Assembly: GCA_052388375.1 (NCBI GenBank)
Contig: JBQTIG010000035.1
Location: forward strand, 3,166 to 67,165
From: Planctomycetaceae bacterium
Lineage (GTDB): Bacteria; Planctomycetota; PLA2
Reading direction: 5' to 3'
DNA: 64,000 nt
The position numbers were made by a program, and so were the translations under genes. The notes under the pieces were generated by a model. That model was given only the letters and a program-made list of their open reading frames with translations. It was not told the origin of the DNA and ran no database searches. Shown piece by piece: positions 17,078 to 25,456 of the stretch; the first letter of the stretch is position 1; every line of letters begins with the position of its first letter.

Positions 17078-18282
17078 ACGTCCTTCTTTCCCTTACCGCG
17101 CTGCCGGGCCCGGCCCGATGCTAGCACGGTCCCGCGCTCCAGGGCGGCCGGGCCGAACCGCTCCCGCACCCTGTCGACGGCCCCCTCGAGGCGAGCCCCG
17201 CGAACCTCTCGGGGGCTCGTGAAGAGAAGCCCCTGCGCCCCGAATCGGGAGGCGGAAAGGCCGAGGAGGCGCACCGGGTCCCGGGCCCCCGGGGTCTTGG
17301 TCCGAAACAGCGCGACGGCCGCTTCGAGAAGAGCCGAGGTCGTCTGGACCGGCTCCGGCAGCGTCGCTTGGCGGGTGAGCGTGCGGAAGGGGGCGTAGCG
17401 CACCTTGAGGGTGATGCAGCGGGCCCGGAGATGTTCGCCGCGGAGGCGCGAGGCGACGCTGTCGGCCAGCCGGACGAGGGTGGCATGGAGCGTCTCCATG
17501 TCGCTCACGTTTTCGGGGAAGGTGACCTCGCGCCCGACCGACTTCGGTGCGCCCCCCGCAAAGACCGGTCGCGCGTCCCGCCCCTCCGCCAACGCGCGGA
17601 GCAGCTCGGCGTGCGATCCGAAGAGCGCCCGCAGGCGTTCCGCATCCACCCGCCCCAATTGCTCGAAGGTCGAGACGCCCAGGCCGCGCAACGCCGCGGC
17701 CCCCTTCGGCCCGATCCCCCACATGCGCTCGATCGGGAGCGGCTCCAGGAACGCGCGCATCCTGTCGGGTCGGACCACCACGAGGGCGTCCGGCTTTTCG
17801 AGGTCGCTCGCGATCTTGGCCACGAACTTGTTGGGAGCGACCCCCACCGAGGCGGTGAGGCCGAACTCCGCGGCGATCGCGGCGCGGATGGCCCGCGCCG
17901 CGGCCACCGGCCCTCCCAGCAGCCGCTCCGATCCGGTGAGATCGAGGAACGCCTCGTCCACCGACAGCGGCTCGACGAGGGGCGAGAAGCGATCGAGCAG
18001 GGCGAAAATCGCCGCGGAGACTTCGGCGTAGCGCTCCATGCGCACCGGGAGGAACACGCCCTGGGGGCAGAGCCGCCCCGCGGTTCGCAGCGGCATCGCG
18101 CTTCGCACGCCGTGGCGCCGCGCCTCGTACGAAGCGGCGCTCACCACGCCGCGCGCCTCCTTCGGCCCGCCGACGATGACCGGCAGCCCGCGCAGGGAGG
18201 GATCGTCGCGCACCTCGATGGAGGCGTAGAACGCATCCATGTCGACATGGAGGACCGCGCGCGCCCCGTCGGGCCAATCCAT
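17074..18282 (-). CDS. dinB: DNA polymerase IV
   Basis: LHVDMDAFYASIE, SYEAR, SVDEAFLD and KIASDLEKP. ATG at 18282. Confidence 0.95.
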   Translation of the reverse strand: MDWPDGARAVLHVDMDAFYASIEVRDDPSLRGLPVIVGGPKEARGVVSAASYEARRHGVRSAMPLRTAGRLCPQGVFLPVRMERYAEVSAAIFALLDRFSPLVEPLSVDEAFLDLTGSERLLGGPVAAARAIRAAIAAEFGLTASVGVAPNKFVAKIASDLEKPDALVVVRPDRMRAFLEPLPIERMWGIGPKGAAALRGLGVSTFEQLGRVDAERLRALFGSHAELLRALAEGRDARPVFAGGAPKSVGREVTFPENVSDMETLHATLVRLADSVASRLRGEHLRARCITLKVRYAPFRTLTRQATLPEPVQTTSALLEAAVALFRTKTPGARDPVRLLGLSASRFGAQGLLFTSPREVRGARLEGAVDRVRERFGPAALERGTVLASGRARQRGKGKKDV

Positions 18283-18287
18283 GGGGA

Positions 18288-18659
18288 TCAGGGGGCGCCG
18301 GCTCGCCGGCGCAGCTCCGCGTAGAGCGGCCCCGGGACCGCGCCCGAAGGCTCGTCGCGCAGGCAGTCGTCGTCCTCGTGGTGCGTCGAAAACTCCAGGA
18401 TCACGCTTCCCTCCAGACCGGTGAACCGGTGGGGCGTCCCTGTGGGGATGTGCACCGTGTCGCCGGGCCCGAGGAAGTGCTCCCGCCCCCCCACCTCCAG
18501 GTAGACGCTCCCGCTCTCCAGATGGAACGTCTCGTCCTTGACGGGATGGCGGTGGAGGGAGCAGCGGTAGCCGCGCTTCAGGAGGAGCTTTTTGCCGCAG
18601 TACTCGCGGTTGACGATCCAGTGCTCCTCTCCCCACTCCTTGGCAACGACGCGCTCCAT
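18288..18659 (-). CDS. Cupin-domain protein (sugar isomerase-like)
   Basis: 'KEWGEEHW', 'SLHRHPVKDETF' and 'PTGTPHR'. Confidence 0.8.
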   Translation of the reverse strand: MERVVAKEWGEEHWIVNREYCGKKLLLKRGYRCSLHRHPVKDETFHLESGSVYLEVGGREHFLGPGDTVHIPTGTPHRFTGLEGSVILEFSTHHEDDDCLRDEPSGAVPGPLYAELRRRAGAP

Positions 18660-19648
18660 GCCCCGGCCATTCTAGCCCCACGCCCCGGACGGGCAGCGCC
18701 CTCCACGAGCCGCGTCAGGAGCTGGGGGAAGGCGATTCCCGCCGCCGCCGCGGCTCGGGGGAGGAGGGAGTTGGGCGTGAGCCCCGGGATCGAATTGGTC
18801 TCCAGGAAGACCACCCCCTCCCGCTCGCTCCAGATGAAGTCGCTGCGGGACATGCCGCGCAGCCCGAGGAGCGCGTGGACGCTCAGGGAGAGCCGCTGGA
18901 CCTCTTCGGCGATCGGCGCGGGGACGGGGGCGGGGACCAGCTCCTCGCACGCCTGCGGCGTGTACTTGGCGGCATAGTCGAAGAACTCGCCGGCGGGCCG
19001 GATCTCCACGACGGGGAGAGCCTCGGGCTCCCCCTGCGCGCTCTCCAGGACCGCGCCCGTGAGTTCCCGCCCCTCGACCCGGGCCTCGAGGAGGAGCCGA
19101 TCGCAGCCCGCCGCGAGCTGCTCCACCGCGAGGGCCAACGTCCGCTCTTCCCGCACGAGCGCCAGACCGAGGCTCGAGCCCTCATGAGGGTTCTTCACGA
19201 AGATCGGGAACCCGAGGGTCGCCGCGGCCTCCTCCGGGCTCGCGGGGGGAATCGTCACCGCCTGGGCGACCGGGATGCCGCCCGCGGCCACGAGGGTGCG
19301 GGCGCGGATCTTGTCGCAGGCGAGCGCGGAGGCGAGCACGCCGGCGCAGGTGTAGGCGAACCCCGCGGCGGCGAGAAAACCCTGGATGGTCCCGTCCTCG
19401 CCGAAGGGGCCGTGGAGCGCGAGGAACGCCACCTCGCAGCCTGCCTCGTGCAGCGCCGCGGCCCCCTCGAGCGGCCCGCCCACGCGGCGGCCGTCGACGA
19501 CCCAATTTCCGTCCCGTTCGATGAGCACCGGGAGGGGGCGGTAGCGCCGCCGATCGAGCCCATCCCGAACCCTGAGGCCCGACGCCACCGAGACATCGTG
19601 CTCCCGCGAGGGACCACCCGAGATCACCGCCACGACGCGCATGCGCAC
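18578..19648 (-). CDS. ddl: D-alanine--D-alanine ligase
   Basis: GGPSREHDVS, ALHGPFGEDG, GSSLG, DYAAKY (Tyr retained, so D-Ala-D-Ala type) and ETNSIPG. The C-terminal tail overlaps the cupin gene. Confidence 0.92.
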   Translation of the reverse strand: MRMRVVAVISGGPSREHDVSVASGLRVRDGLDRRRYRPLPVLIERDGNWVVDGRRVGGPLEGAAALHEAGCEVAFLALHGPFGEDGTIQGFLAAAGFAYTCAGVLASALACDKIRARTLVAAGGIPVAQAVTIPPASPEEAAATLGFPIFVKNPHEGSSLGLALVREERTLALAVEQLAAGCDRLLLEARVEGRELTGAVLESAQGEPEALPVVEIRPAGEFFDYAAKYTPQACEELVPAPVPAPIAEEVQRLSLSVHALLGLRGMSRSDFIWSEREGVVFLETNSIPGLTPNSLLPRAAAAAGIAFPQLLTRLVEGAARPGRGARMAGAWSASLPRSGERSTGSSTASTAAKSSS

Positions 19649-19673
19649 TCCGTGGCCCGTTCTTCTTCCGCGG

Positions 19674-20987
19674 TCACAAGTGTAGCAGGTCCTCCGGGCC
19701 CTCCGCCAGAAGGGGCGAGAGTTCGAGCGGGCCGTGGCCGGGCGCCGCGACGCCCGCTTCCGCGTACCAGCGGCGAGCCTCCCGGTCGAGCGCCTCGCGC
19801 ACGGTGGCCGGGGAGTCCGGCCCGTCGGCGTTCTTGAGCGGCGCGAATTCGCGCTCGCGGAGCACCTCGACGAGCGCGACGCGCTCGGCCCGCGGGAACA
19901 GGTCGAAGATGAACTGCTCGAACTTGCGCGCCGTGCGCACGGTGGGACCGCCTTGCGCGTCCAGGCAGGGGATCTCGCGGCGGGCGACGTGGTAGGGGAG
20001 TCCGGCCTCCAACTCCCGCTTGAGGAACGCGAGCTCGAAGGCGTGCACCCCGATGGAGCCGAGACGGTAGGCGAGGGCGCCGGAGGAGGAGAGCGCGGCG
20101 GCCTGCTCCGGCGTGATCTCCGAGTACTCGAGCACGCGGGGTTTTCCCCGGCAGAGCACCGCCACCCCTACCTTCTCCCCCGGCTCCCGCTTGAGGATCA
20201 CCTTGGAGGCCAGGGGGGCGCCGCAGAGCGCGCGGCGCCCGAGGAAGGTGGGATCCACCACGGGGAGCAGCGGATTGTCCACCTGAAACGTGCAGACGGA
20301 GCGGATCCCGCGCTCTTCCCAGGAGTCCAGCAGGCCCGCCGCGGCGACGGCTCCTAGCGCGCCGCCGTGACCGTCGGGGCTCGTGAAGATCCGGTCACGC
20401 CTGGCCAGGAGGAGCTGCCCCGCACCGTCGAGGGCCGGGAGTTCGCCCTGGGCCGCGAAGGAGAGCGTGCCGTCGGGGAGCCCGAACGCCCCGTGGCGCT
20501 GGAAGAAGGCTCGAATCTCCGCGTCGGTGCCCTCGGAGGTGGTGACCGCCAAGGGAGGCGGCATCCCGTACCTGCGACCCGCGCGGACGATCCGCTCCGC
20601 GAGGACCTGGAACAGGCTGCGATCGGTCCGGGGGCCGATCGGAAAGGTCCCCTTGGGTCCGCGCCACCGCAGCCGGCTCGCCTGTCCCCCCGCGACGAGG
20701 ACGAACGCGACGCGGCCGGCTCGCAACGCCTCCTCCCCCGCCTCCCGTGCTCCAGGCCTCCCCGCGGGGAGGTTCGCCGGCGTGAAGGGGGGTTCCGCGA
20801 GCGGACCCGCGGGCGGCGGCTCCATCCCCTCTCCGGCGTGGAGGCGGCGGAGCAGGTCGAAGTCGATCCCGAGGATCTGCTGCCGCAACCGCTCCCGGTC
20901 GGCGGCCGGCGCGCCGCGAAGCCAGGCGAGCATCGTCTCCTGGCCGGCGGCAGCGAGCCGCCGCTCCGCCTCGGAAGCGCGGCTCAT
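19674..20987 (-). CDS. UDP-N-acetylglucosamine/UDP-sugar pyrophosphorylase (UDPGP/UAP1 family)
   Basis: AGGQASRL...GPKG, SPDGHGG, QVDNPL, EKVG, EYSE, KFEQFIFD and EFAPLKN. ATG at 20987 overlaps the fabF stop. Confidence 0.9.
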   Translation of the reverse strand: MSRASEAERRLAAAGQETMLAWLRGAPAADRERLRQQILGIDFDLLRRLHAGEGMEPPPAGPLAEPPFTPANLPAGRPGAREAGEEALRAGRVAFVLVAGGQASRLRWRGPKGTFPIGPRTDRSLFQVLAERIVRAGRRYGMPPPLAVTTSEGTDAEIRAFFQRHGAFGLPDGTLSFAAQGELPALDGAGQLLLARRDRIFTSPDGHGGALGAVAAAGLLDSWEERGIRSVCTFQVDNPLLPVVDPTFLGRRALCGAPLASKVILKREPGEKVGVAVLCRGKPRVLEYSEITPEQAAALSSSGALAYRLGSIGVHAFELAFLKRELEAGLPYHVARREIPCLDAQGGPTVRTARKFEQFIFDLFPRAERVALVEVLREREFAPLKNADGPDSPATVREALDREARRWYAEAGVAAPGHGPLELSPLLAEGPEDLLHL

Positions 20988-22225
20988 CGGTCGAAGCGCG
21001 CGATGAGGATCGAGACGTTGTGGCCGCCGAAGCCGAGGGAGTTGGAGAGCGCGTGGTCGATGGTCCACTCCCGCGCCTCGTTCGGGACATAGTCGAGGTC
21101 GCACTCCGGATCGCGGGTCTCGTAGTTGATGGTGGGATGGACGACGCGGTCCCGGATCATGTAGGCGCAGAGGACGAGCTCGAGGCCCCCCGAGCCGCCC
21201 AGCAGGTGCCCGACCATCGACTTGCTGGAGGAGACGCAGAGCGCGTCGGCGTGGGCGCCGAACACCGAGCGGATCGCGCGCGTCTCGGCCGCGTCATTGA
21301 GGGGGGTGCTGGTTCCGTGGGCGTTGATGTAGTTCACGCGCTCCAGATCGATGGAGCCCATCCGGACCGCCAGCTCCATGGCTTTCGCCGGACCCTCGCC
21401 CTCCGGCGTCGGGGCGGTGATGTGATGGGCGTCCGCGGTGAATCCGTAGCCCTTCATTTCGGCATAGATCCTGGCGCCGCGGCGGCGGGCGTGCTCGAGT
21501 TCCTCGATTACGAGCATCCCCGCGCCCTCCCCCATCACGAACCCGTCCCGGTCCTTGTCGAAGGGCCGGGACGCCGCCTTCGGGTCGTCATTGCGGGTCG
21601 ACATGGCTCGCATGTTCGAGAATCCGCTCATCGCCAGCTTGGTGATCGTCGCCTCGGAGCCTCCGGTCACCACGACCTCGCACTCGTCGTCCCGAACCGC
21701 TCGGAACGCGAGGCCGATGGCGTGGGAGGAGGAGGCGCAGGCGGAGGCGGTAATGAAGTTCGGCCCCTTCAGGCCGTGCCGGATGGAGATCTGGCCCGAC
21801 AGGGCGTTGATCATGAGTTTCGGGACGAAGTGGGGGCTGACGCGGCGCGCGCCGCGCTCCAGCATGAGCTGGTACTGGCTCTCGATCTCGATCAGCCCGC
21901 CGATGCCGGACCCCGTGATCACCCCGCACCGGGTGGTGTCCTGCTTCGCGAAGTCGAGCCCCGAGTCCTTCACCGCCTCGTCGGCGGCGGCGACGCCGTA
22001 CTGCGTGAACAGGTCGAGCTTCTTGGCGTCGCGCCCGAATCGTGCCTCGCCGTCGAATCCGGCGATCTCGCAGGCGATCTGGCAGGAGAGCTCGGACGGA
22101 TCGAACCGCGTGACGCGGCCAGCTCCGCTCAGTCCGGCACGCGCCGCCCCCCAGAGGGTCGGCGCGTCCAGACCAAGGGCGCTCACGGCCCCGACGCCCG
22201 TGATCACGACGCGGCGGTGGGCCAT
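20984..22225 (-). CDS. fabF: 3-oxoacyl-ACP synthase II
   Basis: SACAS, INAHGTST, GHLLG and NSLGFGGHN. Confidence 0.96.
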   Translation of the reverse strand: MAHRRVVITGVGAVSALGLDAPTLWGAARAGLSGAGRVTRFDPSELSCQIACEIAGFDGEARFGRDAKKLDLFTQYGVAAADEAVKDSGLDFAKQDTTRCGVITGSGIGGLIEIESQYQLMLERGARRVSPHFVPKLMINALSGQISIRHGLKGPNFITASACASSSHAIGLAFRAVRDDECEVVVTGGSEATITKLAMSGFSNMRAMSTRNDDPKAASRPFDKDRDGFVMGEGAGMLVIEELEHARRRGARIYAEMKGYGFTADAHHITAPTPEGEGPAKAMELAVRMGSIDLERVNYINAHGTSTPLNDAAETRAIRSVFGAHADALCVSSSKSMVGHLLGGSGGLELVLCAYMIRDRVVHPTINYETRDPECDLDYVPNEAREWTIDHALSNSLGFGGHNVSILIARFDR

Positions 22226-22234
22226 GGAGCGTCC

Positions 22235-22483
22235 CTACTTCACGTGCTCCTGGATGTACTTGATCGCGTCCCCGACGGTCTGGATCTTTTCCGCGTCCTC
22301 ATCGGGGATGTTGAGATCGAACTCGTCCTCGAACTCCATGACCAGCTCGACGGTGTCCAGGGAGTCCGCGCCCAAGTCGTTGATGAAGGACGTCTCGGGG
22401 GTGATCTTGTCCCGGCTCGCGCCCATCTGCTCGCAGACGATCTCGATGACGCGTTCCTCGACCTTTTTCAAGTCCTCAGCCAT
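22235..22483 (-). CDS. acpP: Acyl carrier protein
   Basis: [23 protein letters not shown] at 22483 with a GGAG SD. Confidence 0.96.
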   Translation of the reverse strand: MAEDLKKVEERVIEIVCEQMGASRDKITPETSFINDLGADSLDTVELVMEFEDEFDLNIPDEDAEKIQTVGDAIKYIQEHVK

Positions 22484-22557
22484 GGGTCTCCTCTCCGCTT
22501 GGATAGCCCTCGCGCCGGGCCGCGGCGGAGGAAAAGGATATCGTGAGAACGGGCCGC

Positions 22558-23289
22558 CTACCAGCCCCCGCCCAGGGTCATTCCGCCGTCCACGGCGATC
22601 ACCTGTCCGGTGACGTACGCCGCCGCATCGGAAGCGAGGAAACAGACCACGGCGGCGACGTCCTCGGGGGTGCCGACGCGCCGCAACGGGATGGCTTTCG
22701 CAGCGCGTTCGGCGATCTCGCCCCCGAGCACGCGCGTCATGTCCGTCGCGATGAATCCGGGCGCCACCACGTTCGCGGTCACGTTCCGCGAACCCAGCTC
22801 CTTCGCCAGCGAGCGGGTGAGCGAAATGAGCCCGCCCTTGCTCGCGGCGTAGTTCGCCTGGCCGGCATTCCCGGTCAGCCCCACCACCGACGAGAGGGTG
22901 ATGATGCGACCGGCGCGCTGCTTCATGAAGACCCGGTAGAGGGCCTGGATCATCTTGAACGCTTCCGTCAGGTTGGTCGCGAGTACCGCGTCCCACTCCT
23001 CGGGGGACATGCCGATCACAAGATTGTCGCGGGTGATGCCCGCGTTGCAGACCAGCGCGTCCACGCGACCGCAGCGCGCGACAACCTCCGCGGCGACGGC
23101 CTTCGCCTCGCCGCCGTGCCCCGAGACGCGATCGGATTCGAAGGCGCGCGCCGCCTCCTCCGCGCGAGCCGCCGAGGTCGCGGTGAGCGCAACCTTTGCC
23201 CCGCGGTCCAGGAACGCCTTCACGACGGCCCGCCCGATGCCGCGCGAGCCGCCCGTCACGAGAGCCACCTTGCCTTCGAACTCCTTCAT
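22558..23289 (-). CDS. fabG: 3-oxoacyl-ACP reductase
   Basis: [23 protein letters not shown] and [10 protein letters not shown]. Confidence 0.93.
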   Translation of the reverse strand: MKEFEGKVALVTGGSRGIGRAVVKAFLDRGAKVALTATSAARAEEAARAFESDRVSGHGGEAKAVAAEVVARCGRVDALVCNAGITRDNLVIGMSPEEWDAVLATNLTEAFKMIQALYRVFMKQRAGRIITLSSVVGLTGNAGQANYAASKGGLISLTRSLAKELGSRNVTANVVAPGFIATDMTRVLGGEIAERAAKAIPLRRVGTPEDVAAVVCFLASDAAAYVTGQVIAVDGGMTLGGGW

Positions 23290-24206
23290 GCGGCGGCTCC
23301 TCCCTCGCAAGCCTCCACGAGGGTGGCGCGGTCGATCTTCTTCACGAGCCCGGTCAGGACGCGCCCCGGGCTGAGCTCGAAGAAGCGCGCGACGCCGTCC
23401 GCCTTGGCGCGCCGCACCGACGCCTCGAAGAGCACGGGCGACGTGAGTTGGCGCACCAGGTTGGCGCGGAGCCGGTCGGGATCGCGGGACGCCTGGGCGG
23501 TCGCGTTGGAGTAAACCGGGATGCGCGCGGGAAGAAAGGCCGCCGCGCGGATCGCCTCCTCGAGCTTCTTGCGCGCGGGCTCCATCAGCGGCGAGTGGAA
23601 CGCCCCGGCCACGTCGAGCCGGATCGCGCGGCGCACGCCGGCGGCGGCCGCGGCCCGCTCCGCCCGCGCCAGCGCCGCGTCGTCGCCGGAAATCACCACC
23701 TGGCCGGGGGCGTTGAGGTTGGCTACGACGCAGACGCCGCCCTCCCGGACCGCCTCCGCGCAGACCCGCTCGGCGGTCTCCGGGTCGGCGCCGAGCAGGC
23801 TCACCATCCCGGACGCCACCGCATCGCTCGCCGCCTGCATAGCCTCGCCGCGGAGCCGCACGAGACGCACCGCATCCTCCAGCCCCAGGACTCCGGCCAC
23901 GGTGAGCGCCGTGTACTCCCCGAGACTGAGGCCGAGGGCCGCGCCCGCCTGCGACGGGCGCATCCGGCCCTCCTCCTCCAGTCCCGCCAGGGCGGCGGCG
24001 GAAACGGCGAGAATCGCCGGCTGGCAGACGTCGGTGCGGACGAGCCGTTCCTGCGGCCCGTTCCCGCAGAGCGCGAGCAGATCGAGGCCGATCGCGCCGG
24101 AGGCGCGCGCGAAGACTTCCCGGGCGGCGGCGGATCGCTCCGCCCAATCGATCCCCATCCCGACGCACTGGGCGCCCTGCCCCGGGCAAAGGATCGCGGT
24201 GGTCAC
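23286..24206 (-). CDS. fabD: Malonyl-CoA:ACP transacylase
   Basis: PGQGAQ, QPAI, GLSLGEY and GAFHS. GTG at 24206. Confidence 0.93.
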   Translation of the reverse strand: MTTAILCPGQGAQCVGMGIDWAERSAAAREVFARASGAIGLDLLALCGNGPQERLVRTDVCQPAILAVSAAALAGLEEEGRMRPSQAGAALGLSLGEYTALTVAGVLGLEDAVRLVRLRGEAMQAASDAVASGMVSLLGADPETAERVCAEAVREGGVCVVANLNAPGQVVISGDDAALARAERAAAAAGVRRAIRLDVAGAFHSPLMEPARKKLEEAIRAAAFLPARIPVYSNATAQASRDPDRLRANLVRQLTSPVLFEASVRRAKADGVARFFELSPGRVLTGLVKKIDRATLVEACEGGAAA

Positions 24207-25192
24207 GAGGGGGCGCCCGCCCCCTCCGGCGTCAGTCCTTCCACGATCCTCTCGTTCATGTGGCCGCTCACGGCGCGCGCCCCCACGCGGATCGCGTTCC
24301 CGATCGCCCGGCGGTCGGACCGCCCGTGGCAGATGATCACGACGCCCTGCACGCCCAGAAGAGGCGCGCCGCCGTACTCCGCGTAGTCCACCTTGCGCGC
24401 CAGCTCCTTGAGCAGGCCGGGGTTGGAGGACTTCACGACGTCCGAGACGAGTCCGAGCACGGTCTCGGCGAACCCCTCCGCCGCCTTCAGGATGATGTTG
24501 CCCACGAAACCGTCCGTGACGCCGACCTCGCAGGCGCCCCCGAAGAGGCCGCGCCCCTCGACGTTGCCCACGAACTGCACCGGCCCGGCCCGCAGGAGCT
24601 TGGTCGTCTCCTTCACCAGTGCGTTGCCCTTCCCCTCCTCCTCGCCGATGGAGACGAGGGCGACGCGCGGATTGGGTTCGCCGAACACGGATCGGAAGTA
24701 GTTCGACCCCATCACGGCGTACTGGAAGAGGTGAGCGGGGCGACAGGCGGGGTTGGCGCCCACGTCGAGCAGCAGGCAGACCCCATGGCGATTGCGCGCC
24801 GGGAAGGGCACGGCGATGGCGGGACGCCGCACGTTCGGAAGGCGGGGCAACGCCATCATGGCGGCGGCTACGGCGGCGCCGGTGGAGCCCGCAGCGATGC
24901 AGGCATCCGCCTCCCCCGACGCGACCAGCTGGACCGTGCGCAGGATGGAGGCGTCGGGGTTCTTGCGCAGGGCCTCGACCGGGCTCTCCCCCATTCCGAT
25001 CTGCTGCGCGGCGTGGCGGACGGAGACGTTGGCCGGGGCACCGCCTGCCGCGGCGATCTCCGCCTCGATGCGCGCCTGGTCCCCTACGAGGAGGACCGAG
25101 AACCCAGGTTCGATGCGTGCGGCCTCCAGGGCTCCCGCCACCAACTCTCGGGGCGCATGGTCCCCCCCCATCGCGTCGACGGCAACGCGCAA
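24203..25192 (-). CDS. plsX: Phosphate acyltransferase
   Basis: AVDAMGGDHAP, LDVGAN, DGFVGNIILK and GGAPLLG...CHGRS. Confidence 0.95.
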   Translation of the reverse strand: MRVAVDAMGGDHAPRELVAGALEAARIEPGFSVLLVGDQARIEAEIAAAGGAPANVSVRHAAQQIGMGESPVEALRKNPDASILRTVQLVASGEADACIAAGSTGAAVAAAMMALPRLPNVRRPAIAVPFPARNRHGVCLLLDVGANPACRPAHLFQYAVMGSNYFRSVFGEPNPRVALVSIGEEEGKGNALVKETTKLLRAGPVQFVGNVEGRGLFGGACEVGVTDGFVGNIILKAAEGFAETVLGLVSDVVKSSNPGLLKELARKVDYAEYGGAPLLGVQGVVIICHGRSDRRAIGNAIRVGARAVSGHMNERIVEGLTPEGAGAPS

Positions 25193-25195
25193 CGG

Positions 25196-25375
25196 CTATT
25201 CCTCCGACTCGACGGACACCTTTTCGTCGTAGTAGCCGCACTGCTCGCAGACGCGGTGAGGCATCCGTCGGGCACCGCACTTGGGGCAGGGGGATAGGTT
25301 CTTGGGAACGAGCGCGTGGTGAGCGCGCCGGGTCCGCGTCCGCGCGTGGGAGAACTTTCGCTTGGGGGTTGCCAT
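25196..25375 (-). CDS. rpmF: 50S ribosomal protein L32 (Zn-ribbon form)
   Basis: MATPKRKFSHARTRTRRAH...CPKC...PHRVCEQCGYY. Confidence 0.95.
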   Translation of the reverse strand: MATPKRKFSHARTRTRRAHHALVPKNLSPCPKCGARRMPHRVCEQCGYYDEKVSVESEE

Positions 25376-25427
25376 CGCAGGGCTCCGAAGGCGGCCGTGG
25401 GGGCCGACCTGCCTTTCGCAGCCCCGC

Positions 25428-25456
25428 ACCTTATCCCCTCACCGGGGCGCTGTCAA
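25428..25456 (-). promoter_or_regulatory. Sigma-70-type promoter of the rpmF-fab operon
   Basis: TTGACA-N17-TAAGGT on the minus strand. Confidence 0.55.

Noticed and set aside
18578-19648. Ddl as a vancomycin-resistance D-Ala-D-Lac ligase
   Set aside because: The omega-loop Tyr is retained (DYAAKY) and no vanH/vanX genes are nearby.
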